Shown here in pieces: positions 61,788 through 64,000 of a stretch of 64,000 nucleotides of DNA. This DNA is from Vermamoeba vermiformis. Taxonomy: Eukaryota. Position 1 is the first letter of the stretch. Each line of letters opens with the position of its first letter. A program made the translations under genes and the position numbers. Where the stretch lies: positions 1-64,000 of the forward strand of contig JBEWZL010000220.1 in NCBI GenBank assembly GCA_045837725.1. The letters run 5' to 3'. A model generated the notes under the pieces. That model did not search any database. It was not told where the DNA came from and saw nothing but the letters and a program-made list of their open reading frames with translations.

Positions 61788-63221
61788 TCAAATCCACCGC
61801 TCTATAAATAGAACAGAGCTATAAATAGCAGATGACGTACCCACAGGACGAGGTTCAATCGATTCTATAATTGGCGCGCAGTTGAATAGCGTGCCGTCGA
61901 TCACGTGCTCCTCGTGCCGTTCATAGAACAAAATGTAGCCAGTCTGCGACGAGGACTCGTATGGCGAGCCAAAAATAGAACTGAGCTGACTCTCTTCCAT
62001 CTTGTGCACGTGCTCGTCGTCGAACAGCAGCCAGTGTGCACCGGTACGCACCACTGTGGCAGGGGTTAGTGGCTGTTGTATGTCACTAGGGTCACTATTA
62101 TACATCACTATTGTATCACTAGGGTCAAGATTGTCATATCACTATTACACATCACTATTATATATCACTATTGTCATATCACTATTGTATATCACTATTG
62201 TCCTATCAGTCGCTACTGTACCAGCAATGTAGTGGCCCTGGTTGGGTCCCGCACCGAGGTGTATGATCACGGCGCCGAGTCTGTAGTGCACGCCACTCTG
62301 CTTGAGCGCGAGCGGGAATGCCACGCGGTAGTTGAGCTTGGTGTAGCGCTCAATCTCTTCCAGGAATTTGAAGCGCTTCAGCTGCACCACCAACACGCGC
62401 GGCGGGGACTTGATCCGCAGTCGTTTTTGTGCCTCTTGAAAGCTGTGACACTGCTCGCACCAGAACTTGTTTTGTCGCGACAGCGTCTCAATGCGACTGA
62501 AGTTGTTTAAGCACGCCGTCAGCGAGCTGTTCTGCTCCACATCCACACTCAGATCAATGAAGGATTCGTCTTTGCTCGTGATCTGAACAGCATTAGAGAC
62601 CTGAGTAGTAAATTTGGAGTACTTACAGTCTCGCACATCATGCACTTTGTTTCATTAGTCAATACGCCCTCAAAATACTCGTGCACCAGAGTTTTGATCG
62701 GATCTGACAACAAACCATCAATTTCAATGCAGTGGCGTCAATAGTCTAATTACACATACCTTTTGAGTCCTCTTTCTGCTCTTTGCGCGCATCACGCTCC
62801 ATAGTCTCTGAAATTGCATTGAGAAGGTAGATGAGAAATTCGTGTGCATCTTGTTGATTGAATCCGCTGAATAATACTGAAAAATATATTAATATTCGTC
62901 TAAATGCGACTAAAACATCTACGCACCATTCTCAGTCTTCAAGCGCTGAATGAATTTGCGTGGGCCAATCACGCCCGTGCGTCGTTTGTGCGAGCCAATC
63001 TGCGCGTAGAGCTGTGCGAGTGTGTGGAGCAGCGAGTCACTATTAGGGCGCTGTTCGACATAGTGCAGCAGCGCAGTTCTGAACTCGCAGCAGTAGTACA
63101 AGGCCTGCAGCACCGAGTTGCAGTAGCAGGTGTTGCCGTAGTTCTCGAGGCCCAAGTAGTGCTCGTTGTCTGAGCTCTGCGGACCTAGTTCACGCTCGAG
63201 CTTGGTGTCTGTGTTGCCCAT
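61788..63221 (-). CDS. Ubiquitin-specific protease, USP12/46 (UBP3/4) type
   Basis: MG..., GLENYGNTCYCNSVLQALY, QQDAHEFL, FIDLSVD, EAQKR, QLKRFK, HLGAGPNQGHY, WLLFDD, GYILFY. Confidence 0.95.
62076..62205. repeat. Intronic ~13-bp tandem repeat (atcactatt core)
   Basis: About 9 imperfect copies inside the USP intron. Confidence 0.85.
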
Positions 63222-63615
63222 AGTAATAATAACAATATAATAGTCGTCAATGGAACGCGGTGGTTGTGTTCGTCATTCGCGTGTCAGCGTTGCGAAAAAT
63301 CGGAAAAAGAAAGAGCGAGATTGAAAGCATTGAGTGTCGTAGTAACAGCTCATGCCCCGTCTAGCTTGCCAGTCATTATTGGACAGCATGTGCCGTGAAG
63401 CCTACAGTGAATTCGCCTTACAATAGCTGAATAGCTGTCTTCTTGTTTCTTGCTACAGCTCCAGACCTCCATTGCTGGCTGGCTCATCATTGTATCATCC
63501 AACAAGCTTGTAGATGCGTACACCCCTTGTTGTTGCCGAGTTAGAAGGAAGTGAGCATTCCCCGCCAAAACCGAGTTGCGATATTTAAAATTGAACTGCA
63601 CACCACACGAGCACG

Positions 63616-64000
63616 ATGTCCTCGAAATCAAAGAAGAGCAGTAAAGCTGCCATGGAAGAGCACGCTGATGCCATGGATGTGGAGGAAAAGATGGATGTAG
63701 TCAAAGAACGCTCCACGGACACACTGCCGTGGGTAGAGAAATATAGACCCGCTTCATTTGACGATTTAATAGCGCATGACGATATTATATCCACTTGTAG
63801 GTTTTATTTAACACTGCGCTAAATCCATTAATATTATTAAGTAATTTCTTCTAATCTGCTATTGATGCAGTGAACAAGTTGCTAGACAGTCGCAAATTGC
63901 CGCATTTGTTATTCTATGGTCCACCAGGCACGGGCAAGACCAGCACCATCAAGTGTTTGGCGCGCAAGTTGATCGGCGGTGCCAACTATCAATCGCAAGT
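63616..64000 (+). CDS. RFC5: Replication factor C small subunit (RFC5/yeast Rfc3 type), runs off the window
   Basis: [39 protein letters not shown]. Confidence 0.9.

Larger units (their letters stand above)
37443..61828. promoter_or_regulatory. Zone densely seeded with MADS-box (CArG and MEF2-type) and E-box motifs
   Basis: At least 13 exact CC(W)6GG and at least 17 exact CTA(W)4TAG read by eye, plus many CACGTG. The motifs are certain, their function is not. Confidence 0.6.

Noticed and set aside
63350-63600. GC-balanced stretch with short ORFs between the USP and RFC starts
   Set aside because: No coherent frame, motif or structure. Treated as a divergent promoter/UTR.
1-64000. tRNA, rRNA, selenoprotein TGA readthrough, AT-AC introns or an alternative genetic code
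   Set aside because: None seen. The gene models I reconstructed work with the standard code and GT-AG introns, though a by-eye scan can miss short RNAs.

Overview
Gene-dense eukaryotic DNA with short (~40-250 nt) GT-AG introns, so the intron-blind ORF track fragments or misses most genes. An amoebozoan-like protist is plausible (WASP-type protein, GME, DOMON-b561, PPR, SCAMP), but that is inference. I reconstructed about 30 protein-coding genes by hand, including three the track does not show: a DsbA-like gene, HINT1 and the 5' part of LSM4. Two CpG-depleted, transposon-like islands interrupt the genes (~1-5.8 kb and ~54.7-57.3 kb). The first holds an intact 5-exon NEIL1/Fpg-like gene whose catalytic Pro and Lys positions are substituted, a 30/39-bp minisatellite whose variants are mostly CpG transitions, a frameshifted JmjC (HxD...H) + zinc-finger gene and a pogo-type DDE transposase fragment. 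This is a candidate mobile chromatin/DNA-modification cassette. From ~37 to ~62 kb, introns and even codons are strongly enriched in MADS-box sites (CC(W)6GG and CTA(W)4TAG) and CACGTG E-boxes. Other notable items are a ~1,990-aa DUF1800-DUF1501 fusion and a WASP-like protein with C2 instead of WH1 and an internal frameshift. No tRNA, rRNA or CRISPR array was found. All family calls come from remembered motifs, not database searches.
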